Shown: positions 1 through 12,716, counted from the first letter of the stretch. The stretch is DNA of 64,000 nt from Octopus sinensis (GCF_006345805.1 NC_043003.1:61008001-61072000), one strand, 5' to 3'. Translations and numbers: made by a program. The notes: generated by a model from the sequence alone, not told the origin.

Positions 1-243
1 AAAGCTTCCCTTTATCAAATATACGATAGTATACAATCCATGAGTCTATAGAAACGTCCTTAGCATTGACTGGCTAATCCGGTGCGTTGTCACGTATATT
101 CTGTTTTAAAAAGTGAACATAAGCGCAGGGGTGGATGTATGATAAAGAAGCCTACTTTGAAAGGCAACCATGCGGTTTCTAGCCTTGAGCCAGCCATATC
201 CGGTGAGTGGATTTGGTAGGTGGGAACAGTGTGAGTGCCCACC

Positions 244-245
<2 letters not shown>

Positions 246-287
<42 letters not shown>
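246..287. repeat. (TA)n microsatellite at the 3' flank of the PLE
   Basis: Direct read. Confidence 0.95.
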
Positions 288-291
<4 letters not shown>

Positions 292-336
292 AAACAAGTA
301 AAAAATAGAAAATGCTAAAATAATTTTATAGTGAAC

Positions 337-381
337 ATTTCAGTACCGTTTCGGTCATTTTGAGACCTTTTCAACTGTAAC
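337..381 (-). ncRNA. Type-I hammerhead ribozyme, U3-A8 core variant
   Basis: Minus strand GTTACAG-TTGAAAA-GGTC tcaaaat GACC-GAA-ACGGT-A-CTGAAAT: stem I, 7-nt core, 4-bp stem II, GAAA, GUA site; lies in the PLE 3' tail. Confidence 0.6.
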
Positions 382-727
382 GATTAAATAATTAATTTAG
401 AAAAATTAGAAGAAAAGTTTTCTTAAAAGAATATTTCTATAGTAGTGTTCAGATTTAAGTGGCATTCTGCCTTTCTCTGACTCCCTTGTTTGCACTTGTG
501 TGTTCGAGGTAGTTGTGAGTTCTTGGTAGGGTAGTAGAGGGAAGGCTGGTGAGGAAAGGGGGGTGGGAGAATATGGGAGTGCCCTGATGGTCGTATTTTG
601 AATGGTCAGTGGCGGCTGGCAGTCTCAGTTCAATTCAGGAGAATATTTATATTGACAGGCTTGTTTATAGAATTAGCGTAGGTGTTATACTAAAAAACAT
701 TAGTGACAAACTTAAGGGGTAGGGGGT

Positions 728-940
728 GGAGAAGAAGAAGAAGAAGAAGAAGAAGAAGGAGAAGGAGAAGGAGAAGATGATGGTGATGGTGGTGATGATT
801 ATGACGACGATGATGATGATAACGATGATGATGAAGAAGAAGGAGGAGAAGGAGAAGATGGTGGTGATGATGGTGGCGATGATGATGACGCCGATGATGA
901 TGATAACGATGATGATGAAGAAGAAGAAGAAAAAAAAAAA
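728..940. repeat. Compound (GAA)/(GAG)/(GAT) trinucleotide array with an internal duplication, inside the PLE 3' UTR
   Basis: Direct read; it produces the spurious poly-K/M ORF 726-959. Confidence 0.9.
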
Positions 941-1066
941 CAGAGAAGGGAGAATATGAATGGGTGTAAATATAGCTATGAAGGGCTGATTAGTAATGGA
1001 TTCTATGGAGTGTAGTATTTGTGTGTGTATATATATTTTTTTCTTTTATTCTAAAGTTGAGGTATA

Positions 1067-2984
1067 TTAATTGTTTGTCGTAGACCCGTTAAGAAGTGGC
1101 TTGTATTTTGTAATAAAGAGATTTTCTTTACTTATTCTTTGTCTCGAGGTTGTATCGTCCCTAAATTGGTAGAGGGGGAAAATTCTGAAGTTTGGTGTTT
1201 TTTTGTTGGCGCAAGTATCTATGTGTTGGCTAAAAGCTATTTTTCTGTTTTGGGGAATTTTTATCTGGGATCTGTGCAGGGCCATTCGTTTACGCAAACC
1301 ATTTTTTGTTTGGCCTATGTACTGCTCTTGACACCCGGAGCAGGTTAGTGAGTATATTAGGTTCTCCGAAGCACATGTGAAGTTGCTTTTCACTGTAAAC
1401 CGTTGTCCCTGTTTGAAGGAGAACTCAGAACCCTCGATTAGATAGTCGCATATCCCGCAATTGGGTCTTCCACATTTTTTTACTGTCGGCTTCTGTGTTG
1501 AAGAGTGAATTCGGGCTTGTGTAAGGAGACTTTTCATGGATCTAGGCTGTCTTTTGCTTTTTATGATCGTGTGTGTTTGGAGGATTGTGTTAATTCTGTG
1601 GTCTTTTTTTAGGAGGGATATGTTGTGGAGGATGGTGTCGAAGGCTTCGTTATTGAGAGGGTTGTGTGTGGAGATGTATGGTAAGGCTTTTGGTTGTAAG
1701 TTTTTCTTTGATTTGGGATGTCTCAGTTCCTTGATGTTAAGTTGAAGGGCACGTTGAATGCACTTGTCAATAAGTGAAGGTGGATAGTTCCTGGTGATTA
1801 GGGTATCTTTTAGTTCTTGTAGTCGTGTGTCTCTGGTGTTTGCGTTAGAGACTATAGTGCATATCCTTTTTGCTAGATTGAAGGGGATATTCATCCTGGT
1901 GTGTCTGGGGTGGCATGAATTGAATGGAAGATATTGCTTAGAGTCTGTAGGCTTATAGTATATGTCTGTTTCTATTATATTATTAGCTTTCTTAATGAGG
2001 ATATCGAGGAAGGGGAGTTGTTGTTGGCTATATTCCATCGTGAATTGGATGTTTACGTCCAGTCCGTTTAAAATTTTCTGGAATTCTATGAGTTTTTCTA
2101 TATTTTTATGCCAAAGGATGAAACAGTCATCTAGATATCTCTTCCAGTTGTTTTCTATGTAGATGGAGAAAGGGCTGCCATATCTTTCTAGAACCTTACG
2201 ATACAGACTGATCTCTAGGTATCCTATGACTAGGTTGGCAAAGGAGGGGGCCATTCGTGTACCCATCGCAGTCCCCGATTTTTGTCGGTAGAAGTTGTCA
2301 TTGAAGGCGAAGAAGTTATTTTCCAGGATGAATTTAACCCCTTCTATCACAAATTCTTTTTTGATGCGGTGTGGTAGTTCGTTGGCGTGATTCTCTAGCC
2401 AGAATTGGATTGCCTCTAGTCCTAGGTTGTGGGGGATATTGGAGTAGAGGTTGACTACATCGAAGGATACCAGTATGGTGTTTTTGTTTATAGTATTCGG
2501 TAGGTGATTAGCATATCTAAGTCGTCCCTTATATAGCTTTTGACATGTTTGAGGAGTGGTTTTAACAGGGTGTCTAAAAAGTTACTGAGGCGGTGGGTTT
2601 CGCATGCGGACCTGCTATTATGGGTCTCAATTTGAGGTCATTAGGATTAGGGACTTTAATTATTTTGTCTGTAGCTATCTTGCATGCGTTGCTTATTTTT
2701 TCACTTTTGTGGATCTTAGGTATACCGTAGAATTGGCTAGTTTTACTTGTGAAATTGGTCATATAATCATATTCTCTGTCGGTGAGCCCTGCTTTGTATG
2801 GGTTTAATATGGATTTTAGTTCCCTCATTATTTTTTGTTGACTGTAGTTTTGTGCCTTTTCATAGTATGTTGTGTCTTCCAGCATAGAAAGTACCAAAGT
2901 TATGTAAAATGTCGTATCCATTAAGACAACAGCACTCCCTTTATCGGCCTCTTTGATTGTTATTGTTTTATCTAGTTTTAATTT
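1067..2984 (-). pseudogene. PLE reverse transcriptase + GIY-YIG endonuclease ORF broken by two single-base deletions (about 2608 and 2510)
   Basis: Motifs in order: IKEADKGSAVV, FYGIPKIHK, LRPIIAG, SFDVVNLYSNIP, GTAMGTRMAPSFANL, RYLDDCF, IQFTME..LPFLDI, CGRPNCGIC, NLIYSLTC..C..QYIGQT..LRKRMALH. ORF track pieces 2574-2921 and 1067-2350 join if two bases are restored. Confidence 0.92.
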
Positions 2985-3329
2985 ATATATATATATATAT
3001 ATTATATCGTTAAACCGGTCGGGTTTTTGACGCTCGGGTCGATCTAATTAATTGTATTTAAGACAAACCTCTGCTGATGATTTATAGATGTGTATGTAAG
3101 TAAAATTACATATTACATTAGTAATGAAACAATTTGTTCAGGGTCAATCTATTTATTCGTTGTGCTGAATTTTATTTTATTTGAGAACATAATCTTTGTG
3201 GAGAATGGCGATTTGACTAGCATGTTGACTGTCCACTTTTCGTGTTCAGTCCTTAATTGGTATATATATATATATGATGTATGTATGTATGTATATATGT
3301 ATGTATGTATGTACGCATGTATGTATGAT

Positions 3330-3520
3330 TGCGTCCACTCTATTGTTTGAACTATCGGTGTTTATATCCCTGTAACTTAGCGCTTCGGTACAAAACGGAC
3401 AGAATAAGCGTCAGACTTTAAAGAAATATGTACTATGGTTGATTTATTTAATTAAAACCTTCAAGGAAATGCCCCAGCATAGTCGCTGTCAAAATACTGA
3501 GACAAGCACAAGATAAGAGT
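3330..3520 (+). mobile_element. Diverged 3' half of SINE A
   Basis: gtaacttagcgcttcgg...gaataag...ccccagcat...actgagacaag matches the intact copies such as 19674-20100. Confidence 0.6.
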
Positions 3521-5049
3521 AATTCATATCACAGTAACATCCTCATTTTGTAATTTATTCCAAATTCGTCACCACGAACATAAACACTTAGTTTAACACT
3601 TCATAAAACGCATTATTTATGGTACTGGCTAGTAATATGCATAGGCTTGCTGGCATATAATTAGCAAGTTAGTCGTGATGTCGCTAAAGAGTCAACGTAT
3701 TCTGCAAGTTAAATAATGTCTTTTTTTATGTGTCGCCGGTAATGTTTTGGACGTGAGATGGCGACGGTGGAGGTGAAACGCTTAAGTGGAATGTAGCATT
3801 TTAATTCATCTAAACCAGAATGAGGATACGGTAAATTGGTTGTGTAGCAACGGTAAGCGTCAGAGATTTTATTTTCAAATTTGACTCGATTCAAGCAAAA
3901 AATAAATGAAATGAAATAAAATAAAGCAGAAAAAGCTGATAGAGAGAAATGTAAATGAAAATCGTCTGCCAAGTGACAAGTATAATAATAGCAACTGAAA
4001 ATCTGTCTTAAAAATTTATACAAAGTTATAGAAATAGTAATGAAAGGAGCTTAAAGACATCAAGAATTGACTTTTAGAAGTTTGAAGATTGGTAAGAAGT
4101 TATATAGTTTCCCTATTAACTTATACTTGTTTAAATTACTGAATTGTGGTCATGCTGTGGCATCATTCTCAAGGCCTTAGCCAATCACTAATACCGCATT
4201 AATTGTTTCATCGATTTATATTTATCAAATGACTATTCCCCACCATATTGACAGAAGTTTTAGACATGAATAAAGGAATACAGAAACACACATATAAAGT
4301 ATCAAAATTATCGGCGTGAATAAATAACACGTAAATAAATGTGAAAGCAAAGTGCAATTATTTATTTGGTTGTCAATGAGCGATTAAGGAAGCTAACGTG
4401 CTTTTAACGTTTCGAGACTCAGCTTCTTTTTTAAAACATTAATTTGAAGGAAAATGCTTAGTTGAAGGAAAGTAATTGTGAGAAAGGGGAAAATATGCAT
4501 TTGGTCTGTGCCGGGTTATGTTCGAAATGGTGGAGGTCGAATGCCCAGACGTGAAATAGAAAAAATGAGATCTCATATATGGTAGTATCAAAGAAGGAAA
4601 CTGTCTGAATCATACTTGCGGATGTGACCGACTCTCGTTTGCTACTAATATAGTTTGTTATTTTTAACAGTGCATCTATAAATGATATTATCCCCGGGCA
4701 AGTATCGAAACTAATTTGCTTTTCGCAATGTAGCTGTATGGTACTCAGATGATTATTTTAAACTAATGCTGCTACAATATTGCATACAAAGAATTTTCAT
4801 TCAGCCGAGCTGCTAATTTCCACATCAGGAATTTTTCAATCACCGTTTTGCTTTATCAGTAGCGATAGATTTTCTCTTGTCACGTGGCTGGCCAAGACTC
4901 GTGATATCTTGCACTCTCACGGCCGCTGCTAGACTTCTTAGTCTAATACCACAGTGCGTCCATAAAGGATATTATCTCCGGGTGAATACTATAGTAATTT
5001 TGTTTTTCGTGATGTATCTGCAATAAACATGATACATAGATGGCTATAT

Positions 5050-5985
5050 ATATATTTGCACCTAGAAAGTTCTCCTTCGAGGCACAAGTCCGGGCAAAGT
5101 TGTTTGCAGAAGACCAACAGTCGCCCATGCATACCAGTCTCTCTTCTCCATGCCACCGATGTTGCCCATGAAAGAGGCAAAGGCCGAAGCAGTTCTAAAG
5201 TTGAATGAACTGGGGCAACATGAAAATATAGAAAATTACAATTTTTAAATCTCACAACGTGAGATATTCAGCAACAGTACCTTGTAGTAAAGATTGTTTG
5301 CCAAAATAACATGGCAGTCCTGGTTTAGGACTAATGTTGTTGTAATTTAGCCCCAGGAGACATCGTCTCCAGCTGGCTATAAGACACGATCTATGTCCTT
5401 ATATTTTCGAACAAGGGAATCTAGCACCCCTACTCAGCTCAAAACAATATCTGTGTATTGCGATTTCTGAGTTATTTCCCTTCATCAACACCGAATAATT
5501 ACTCGTCTAGAGATGGCGCTGCCAAACTCCCATTCAAAATATATAGTTGTCAAAGTGACAACTAATCGCTGATATATAAATTTATAAATCCGTGACTAGT
5601 TGTCACTTTGAAAACTATATATTTCGAACGGGAATTTGGCAGCGCCACCTCTAGCCGAGCAATTATCCTATGCTGATGAAGAGAAATAACCCAGAAATCG
5701 CGATACACAGATACTGTTTTGAGCCGAGTGGGGGTGCTAGATTCCCTTATTTGAAAATAGGACACAGATCGTGTCTTATAGCCAGCTGGAGACGATGTCT
5801 CCTGAGGCTAAATTACAACAACATTAGCCCTAAACCAGGACTGCCATGTTATGCTGGCAAACAATCTTTACTATGAAAATATAGTGTCTTGCTCATGAAT
5901 ACAATACACACCCCGATCTGGAAATCGAACTCACAACCTCACGATTGTAAACCTGACGTTGTAACCATTGAGACATACGGCTCCA
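5050..5985 (-). mobile_element. tRNA-derived SINE (C type) split by a palindromic insertion
   Basis: Head with A/B-box-like sequence (tctcaatggtt...gagttcgatttcc...gagcaagacact) at 5885-5985; body resumes at 5231; duplicated atgaaaatatag at 5220-5231 and 5873-5884. Confidence 0.7.
5232..5873. mobile_element. Spacerless fold-back element (about 295-bp arms) with a 12-bp target duplication
   Basis: 5285-5580 is the approximate reverse complement of 5581-5873. Confidence 0.85.
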
Positions 5986-6646
5986 GTGTGCGCGCGCGCA
6001 TGAGCATGCACGTAATATAACAGACCAGACAATAACAGATTTTAAATTTGCCTAGATTCAAGTTGGTCCAAAATGTGATGCTTCTTTCTGGACCTCGTAT
6101 TCGTTCCTGAACAATTAGTTTTCAGCACAAAATTTAAATATGTAAATTGAAATCAAACATTTAGCGATGCTATTTGGAAGATGTTAATAGAGCTATCTCC
6201 TCTCAAACAACAACGTCATTTTTAATGAAATACAGAACTTAATGCAAAAGAGTGTGTAATGCACATCTAACTGGATCATATAGTCACCAGGAATTAACAG
6301 TGACATTTCGCATAAAAGCCACGATCATATTTGATTATGCTGCGTCAGTGTTAAAGGATTTTATTGATTATTCTTCGCCTTGAGACCTTCCTGTCACTTT
6401 TTAAGACAGCATGTACCATTGTGCTATTATAATATGGCTTACAAACACTGAGAGATTAGAACTAAACATACAGAAGAGCAATTTATTTCGCAAAACTGTC
6501 TATTATTCTTTATCCTTTGAGTCAATAAACATGTTAAAATCTGTTGGATAGCAAGATGATTTAACCGAAAGCTTTAGGAATATACTTAATGATGACATTT
6601 AATATCAATCTGTCCATATATGTCTCTATGCCTTTCTCATGTTATA

Positions 6647-6691
<45 letters not shown>

Positions 6692-7672
6692 TTATGTATG
6701 TATGTATGTACGTATCAACTTGTTTACAAATATAGCTTAGTGTGATATATTTGTTAGCTGTAGGCATAAGTGAGAAATATATCATAATGGAATAATTTAA
6801 TTCTTTCACACGTGCAACACAGGCAACTTAGTAATTCTGGATTGCATTAATTCATCATGTCCATCCTCAGATGAATACGTTTGTTAAAGCCGGATTAATG
6901 TTATGAATTATAATATTTGGGGTTTCAATTTCGTCTCTATTGATTTTTATCAGCAATAATCATTGCAAATACACTTCTAATGTGACACAGTAGTTATAAT
7001 AGGGATATCTTTTGGGTAATTGACCATTAATGTTATGTATGTGTCAAGGAGAGAATGATGGAAACAGAACGTAAAAGCCGATGTAAAAGAGCTTTTGTGC
7101 TGTCATCAACCTTCAGGAAATACTAAAATTTCACTAGAATTGCATGCCAGCATCTCGACAAATAAGTAAGGCGAGAGAACATTGGATAATCAATTCTTAG
7201 AAATGCTATACCACAAAGAAAGAATAGTCGTGGCTTGCACGCTTTTAACCATAATACAAGATTAAGGCAACTTAATGCTAAACAAGTAGTAGCACACGTG
7301 AAATAGAGAAATATAACGATCTTACTTAAAATCAGTTATATTTTGGGCCAGCCAATGAAACATAATTTATGTAACAGGCAAGGCCAAAAATGGATTACAG
7401 CCTTCAAAAACCTTTAAACTTTCATAATGATGCAAAAACCTCGAGACATAATTCAGAATAAATGAATAAAGTAAAGATATTATTTTCAGGTCAAAGTTTG
7501 GATATATGCTGCTTGGTTAAGAAATTTTATTGGCACCTACGATGTTATGACTTGACTCGACTATGTGACGCCCTGAGTTCATCAATACAGTGTAAGTGGA
7601 ATTTAGTATGCGGAACCCGGAACGATGTGATTGAGAAGCAAGATTCTTAGCACACAGCCACCCCTGTACATA

Positions 7673-7890
7673 TTCTATATCTATAAAACAGTCCTTGGAC
7701 GAAAATTGTATGCACATTTTGCTTTGACGGTTAATAGCGGTCAAACCGAGGCTAGGATCGAGCTGAAAATTGGCAGGGATACTAAATGTGTGGTGAGGAT
7801 GAGACCTGCGATGGTTAATATTCGCCAGCTATATAGATGTGGTTGCTATGGCAAAAAAGTGATTTTTTATCGTTTCAAGGGGGCCTAGTG
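7673..7890 (+). mobile_element. Possible non-autonomous Helitron 5' part
   Basis: Begins tctatatctataaaacag, followed by an internal gatcgagctgaaaattggca block typical of such elements; 3' end uncertain. Confidence 0.3.
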
Positions 7891-10579
7891 CCCCTCTAGG
7901 TTTGTGAGATTGGCTTTTAATGCCCAGCGACATGTACTGCAGGCTGTTGTGCTTTACAAGCACACATTTTGTCGCGAAATTCCGGCGACTAGGAAACGAT
8001 TTTTCATTGTGAAAAAACGAATACTTTTTGCCCTCATTTTCTTTTTAATCTTTTTATAAAAGTGAAAGGATTTCGTGTATTTATTTCTGTTGTCCACTTT
8101 CGACGGTGATTCATTTGTTTTGGAAAACTATACCTGATGAATATCCAATACCAAACTATCTTAATCTACATATTGAAACTGCATTAAACTTTGTCAAGCT
8201 TACCTTTGCCTATTCTGAGTTATTTGAAAGGGGATGTTCCCTTCCCTCTCTTCTGATTGTTGATACCTTTTTTTTTACCTTTGATACCGTTGCTTCACTT
8301 TAAGGATGCTTCTTTACCCAGCCATTATGGTATTTCGATTGCTGTCCATTGTTTCAAATAGGTTTTAGCATTGTCATTCTAGCCTTTTTTAAACACTCAC
8401 ATATGATTCGTCCCAAAAAATTCGTCCCTTTAAATAAGAGTTTTGCTTCCACTAGCGAAAGCTATACGTATCTTTCAGGGAGCTCCATACCAATTTAACT
8501 TTATGCAGCATTCGCTGTTAGTTTATGTGCACGCTATGTGGGAAGATAGAATAAAGGGGCTTTTGTTAGCTTTTCTCTCCGAAAAAAAAATAGCCCCCTT
8601 TGCTGTTGAAAAAATAAACTTACAGAGGGGAAGTTTCAACATCTTCCTTCAATTTCCTTACAGCATTTATGTGGCTGTTTCTGACAAGAAATTTCGCTTT
8701 CATATAAAGCAACTATATTTTGTAAACATAATCCGTAATCTACTCCCAAAACACTTCAGTAGCTCTACTTTACATCGCTTGCAAACTAATATGTTCTATG
8801 ATAATCAAAGTGCAACGACCTCCACAATAACCAGTCTTCACTTTGATTTTCTGTTCCTAGGTTAATCAGAAACAGATTGCCATGCTACACATAAACCTTC
8901 TTGGTAGTTCAATTATTTGGTGAAAAAAATACCACGAAAGCAACTTAAATCGTCCAAAGGACGGGTGGGTTTGCTAGTATATTATAAAATCTTGCTTGGT
9001 TTCTGTTATTAATCATATTTCTGCATGCGCAATTCGACTAACACGTTTTCACGACTCTCAAACTATTAATATTGATTTTCTAAAGCCTTAAATTATATTT
9101 TTAAAATCTCTTTGAGAAACACTGGATTAGGATACTATAGAATAGTGGAATATCAAAAGATACAATTGACAGCTTCAACATAATGTTCTGAGTTGGGAAT
9201 TATTGAAAGAATTGGCAAGCGTGATAAAAGCATTGACATTTCAGCGTTATAGAAGAATGTTATTGAACTCAGGGTTAATTTTATTCAAACTATTGTTGTT
9301 ATTGTTATTTATTTTGTTTTTGTTTTACACCGAATCAACTTTAATGCAGCGAATCTATTATCAAAGGCGTCCACCAATGATCATTTTGTTTCTAGAATTA
9401 TCTATGGTTATAGGACCTAATGTATCCATTGGCATCTTATTTTTAAAATGGTGGGATGTGAATTGATTGAAATTCGGCTGCTATTTTTAGTAGATCAAGT
9501 CTCACATGGAGGTGTCTTTCTTGGTACGCACAGACAACGATCTCGTTGGTTATAAAAGTTCTATAATAAGTGTGACAGCATTTTAGAGGTGCACAGTCTG
9601 GTAGAGTTGATACTGTCAAGAGCTAAATGTTTCATTAATAAACTGAACGCTGTTTTTTATATTGGTTATTACAAAATTAAAATTGTAAATAAACCCATTA
9701 TTATCATTTTCCACCAAGTCATACAATGTTTGTAGAATATAAACAAGTTAAAGAAAATTAATGGTATATATAGACAAAAACCATCCCTTAAAGTTCGTAT
9801 GCCATTAAGAGAAGAAAATAGCGGTGTTTCGAGCTGAACTTTTTGCCTCAGAGAGAAAGATATTTAATTTTGTTTAAGTATTTAAAAAATGTTTCTCTTT
9901 CCTTATAGCATATAGATTTATTTCAAATTTACACCACTACCTCTCTATAGTATTTATAAAGAGGTTTATGACTTCAAATGAAATTATTATTTATTTGAAA
10001 AATATAAAACGAAATTGCCTCATTGATTTCGGTCACGGAAGTGCGACGTAAAGTTGATACATCATGAAGTTAACGAAGACTTATGTGTCTTTAAGTGATT
10101 AAAAATAGATTCTTTTAATGCAATTGCTTCAGCCTCAATACAAACTCAGTTTAAGTCCCTTACATATGGAGTACATCTGAAATTTCACTGGTAACTTTTT
10201 ATATTTAGAACTATTTTGCTTTACACTATGTAACAACTTCATTAAATTTTAAAATAGACCCATTTTTAAAACCATTGGTCATCATCCAATCCAAACAACA
10301 CGTCTACCGCAAGTAATCACTAAATAATCACAATCTTAAAATTCCCAAAGTTTTATTACTTATAAAATATAATAAATTAGATATTCTGGTAGATATTTTA
10401 TTTTATTCACTGTTTATTGTTTTTTTTTCATTTCCGCTGATTGATTTATTAAAATCAATATTTAAAAAACTCCAAATTAGAAGGGAAACCTGTACTGGTC
10501 AGTCAACATGGTAGAAATGGCAGCAAAATTATTCTCAAATCATAAATAAAATCTTAAAAAATGAAGAACATATATAGTG

Positions 10580-10879
10580 CAGGGTTGGCCAATCTGAGGT
10601 TATGCGGCCCGCTTGATACTGTCTTGAAATGGGTTTATTTAAACAAACATTTAAAAAATTTTATCGAAAATTAAAGATTGTAATGAAAAGTAAAAAAGAA
10701 AAATACTACTGATTTTTCAACAATAGTATTTTTATGCTGAATCAATGATCTTTCATTCATTATTGTAATAATAGCATGAGAAAGCAAAATGCTTTCAATT
10801 GTGTCATTATACAAGCGGCCCTCAAAAAACTCTCTGTGATTAAAGTGGTGTGCAATGTAATTCGAGTTAGCCAGGCATG
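10580..10879. mobile_element. hAT-type MITE
   Basis: Imperfect TIRs CAGGGTTGGCCAA / TTAGCCAGGCATG, subterminal GCGGCCC motifs, 8-bp TSD atatagtg (10572-10579) / gtatagtg (10880-10887). Confidence 0.6.
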
Positions 10880-11029
10880 GTATAGTGCCATGGCTTGCAT
10901 TTTTATTCTTAATACGTTTCAGTAGATTGGAACATGAATGTGCTAATCGCTGATCTGTTTCTTAATAAACACATTTTCTTTTACGATAAATGTTGTGCGC
11001 TTCTAAAGCAATTCATTAGCGGAAATGAT

Positions 11030-11075
11030 TCTGAGACAGCCGGTGTTTCGACATCATTGTGTCTCATCAGTCAGA
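11030..11075 (-). ncRNA. Canonical type-I hammerhead ribozyme (GUC site) in a solo pLTR-like segment (about 10925-11170)
   Basis: TCTGA-CTGATGA-GACA caatga TGTC-GAA-ACA ccggc TGT-C-TCAGA; all core nucleotides present, three perfect stems. Confidence 0.88.
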
Positions 11076-11650
11076 GGCAACACGAGTCGATACCCTTGTT
11101 CATAACCCTTGTGAATAAACTGTTAGCTCATATCTGTGAAACGAGAATATATCGTCATATGCACGATAAACAGTGAGAATCAAAACGATGACAGCGAGAA
11201 TCAAAATGATAGCATGCATATTTATTGCATTATGTATTATTGCATTATACACATACAGTTTGTGAAAATCGAAGACTAATAAGGGTTGACCTATGACTAA
11301 ACCACAACGCTATCATTAACAATCTTTGTTATTTATTTTGAGTCTTACTATAGCAGATGTTGAATGTTTATAGGTTTAGATGGTTGACGCTTCTTTACAA
11401 GTAATTTCCTTTACGTATTCCTGCGCAAAAATCTGTTTTTGCGCTCCGACAATGGCAATGGTAAAACAAAAAATAAAACTGTTGAATATTATATATTTCT
11501 AACGTAGACATTCTAATGAGTATCAGAATATTGTAAACAAAAGCAGCGTGATAATAATAACCATGCTGAACCAATACACAAATTAATATATTTATTTTCC
11601 GGAATCTAATATTTATCAAAATATGATAATGTATAAATGTAAACGCAGAT

Positions 11651-11862
11651 CACGCCGGGCGAAATGCTTAGCGGTCTTTCGTCTGTCTCTACGTTCTGGG
11701 TTCAAATTCCGCCGAGGTCGACTTTGCCTTTCATCCTTTTGGGGTCGATAAATTAAGTACCAGTTACGCATTGGGGTCGATGTAATCGACTTAATCCGTT
11801 TGTCTGTCCTTGTTTGTCCTCTCTGTGTTTAGCTCCTTGTGGGTAGTAAATAAATAGGTATT
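11651..11862 (+). mobile_element. SINE B copy
   Basis: gccgggcgaaatgcttagcgg...gggttcaaattccgccgaggtcgactttgcc...gtgggtagtaaa. Confidence 0.9.
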
Positions 11863-12019
11863 CCATCTGCAAGGCCAAAAGCCATGTAACCCCAACACTG
11901 ATAGTTCTCATCTTGCACTCTGTGGGTACTTGAGGGGAGACAAACTACTCTTGGGGTCTGTGAACTATATTTAAAATTTCATAAAATGCATAATTACTCA
12001 ATTATTTCTTTCAGTTGTA

Positions 12020-12260
12020 AAGGTACGTGGCTTAGATCAGGGTATTCGGCTCGCGTTCTTATGGTCGAGAGTTCTGTACTCGGTAATGTGTTGTGTCCTT
12101 GAGCAAGACGTTTCATTTCACGTTGCTCCAGTCAAAAAAGAGTAGTATGCGTATTTCGAAGGGTCAGCCTTGTTACATTCTGTGTAACGCTGACTCTCCC
12201 TGAGAACAACGTTAAGGGTACGTGGCTCTGTGGAGTACTCAGACATTTGCATGTTAATTT
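12020..12260 (+). mobile_element. Diverged tRNA-derived SINE (C/D type)
   Basis: gtggcttag...gtccttgagcaagac...gaagggtcagccttg...gttaagggtac, shared with 40685-41105. Confidence 0.65.
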
Positions 12261-12439
12261 CAGACGTAAAGTATCAGAAAACATTTTGTCTGACGCTCTA
12301 ACGTTTATGCCAGTCTATCAAACTTTATAATTATTTAGTCATGAAATATGGAGGAGGGGATGTTAGACGATATTAACGACTTCTGTACTTAACTTGTACT
12401 AACTTTTATCAACCGGGAGGATTGAAAAGCTAATCCTAC

Positions 12440-12680
12440 CTCGGCGTGGTTTAAATTCAGAGCGCGAAGAACCAGAACGAGTACCAAAAGTCGTTTTTCC
12501 TTGACGTTCTAAAGTTTCTAAACACCCACCGCCCCTAATAATTTTAATAATCTTTTTTACTATAGGTATAAATATTGGGGGAGTGGTCAAGCCAGTTACG
12601 TTGACCCCAGTTCTTACTGCTACTTACTTTACCGATCCCGAAAGGAGGAAAGGCAAAATCGACCTCGGCGGAATTTCAAA
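12440..12680 (-). mobile_element. Two partial SINE B copies
   Basis: gaaaggaggaaaggcaaaatcgacctcggcggaattt. Confidence 0.7.
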
Positions 12681-12681
12681 T

Positions 12682-12716
<35 letters not shown>

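Larger units (their letters stand above)
288..2984 (-). mobile_element. Penelope-like retroelement, 5'-truncated, with 3' pseudo-LTR tail; (TA)n on both sides
   Basis: RT and GIY-YIG motifs (next feature); hammerhead-like motif in the tail; (TA)n at 246-287 and about 2985-3006. Confidence 0.92.

Noticed and set aside
726-959. Low-complexity ORFs (poly-K/M here; YIYI, THTH, NNNN, LLLL elsewhere)
   Set aside because: Translations of microsatellites.
3001-3085. aaaccggtc and ctgatga near the PLE 5' junction
   Set aside because: Wrong order for a type-I hammerhead, no stem II, G12 missing; at most a fragment.
4400-4435. Minus-strand ...gagtctcgaaacgttaaaa hammerhead-like 3' half
   Set aside because: Core is unrecognisable (AAAAAGA); probably a dead pLTR remnant, not counted.
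5670-5700. CTGATGA in the fold-back right arm
   Set aside because: No stem II or properly placed cleavage site; the left arm has the motif disrupted.
8106-8865. ORFs with KAIRIFQGAPY and similar LINE-like traces
   Set aside because: Too decayed to assign to a LINE clade or a gene.
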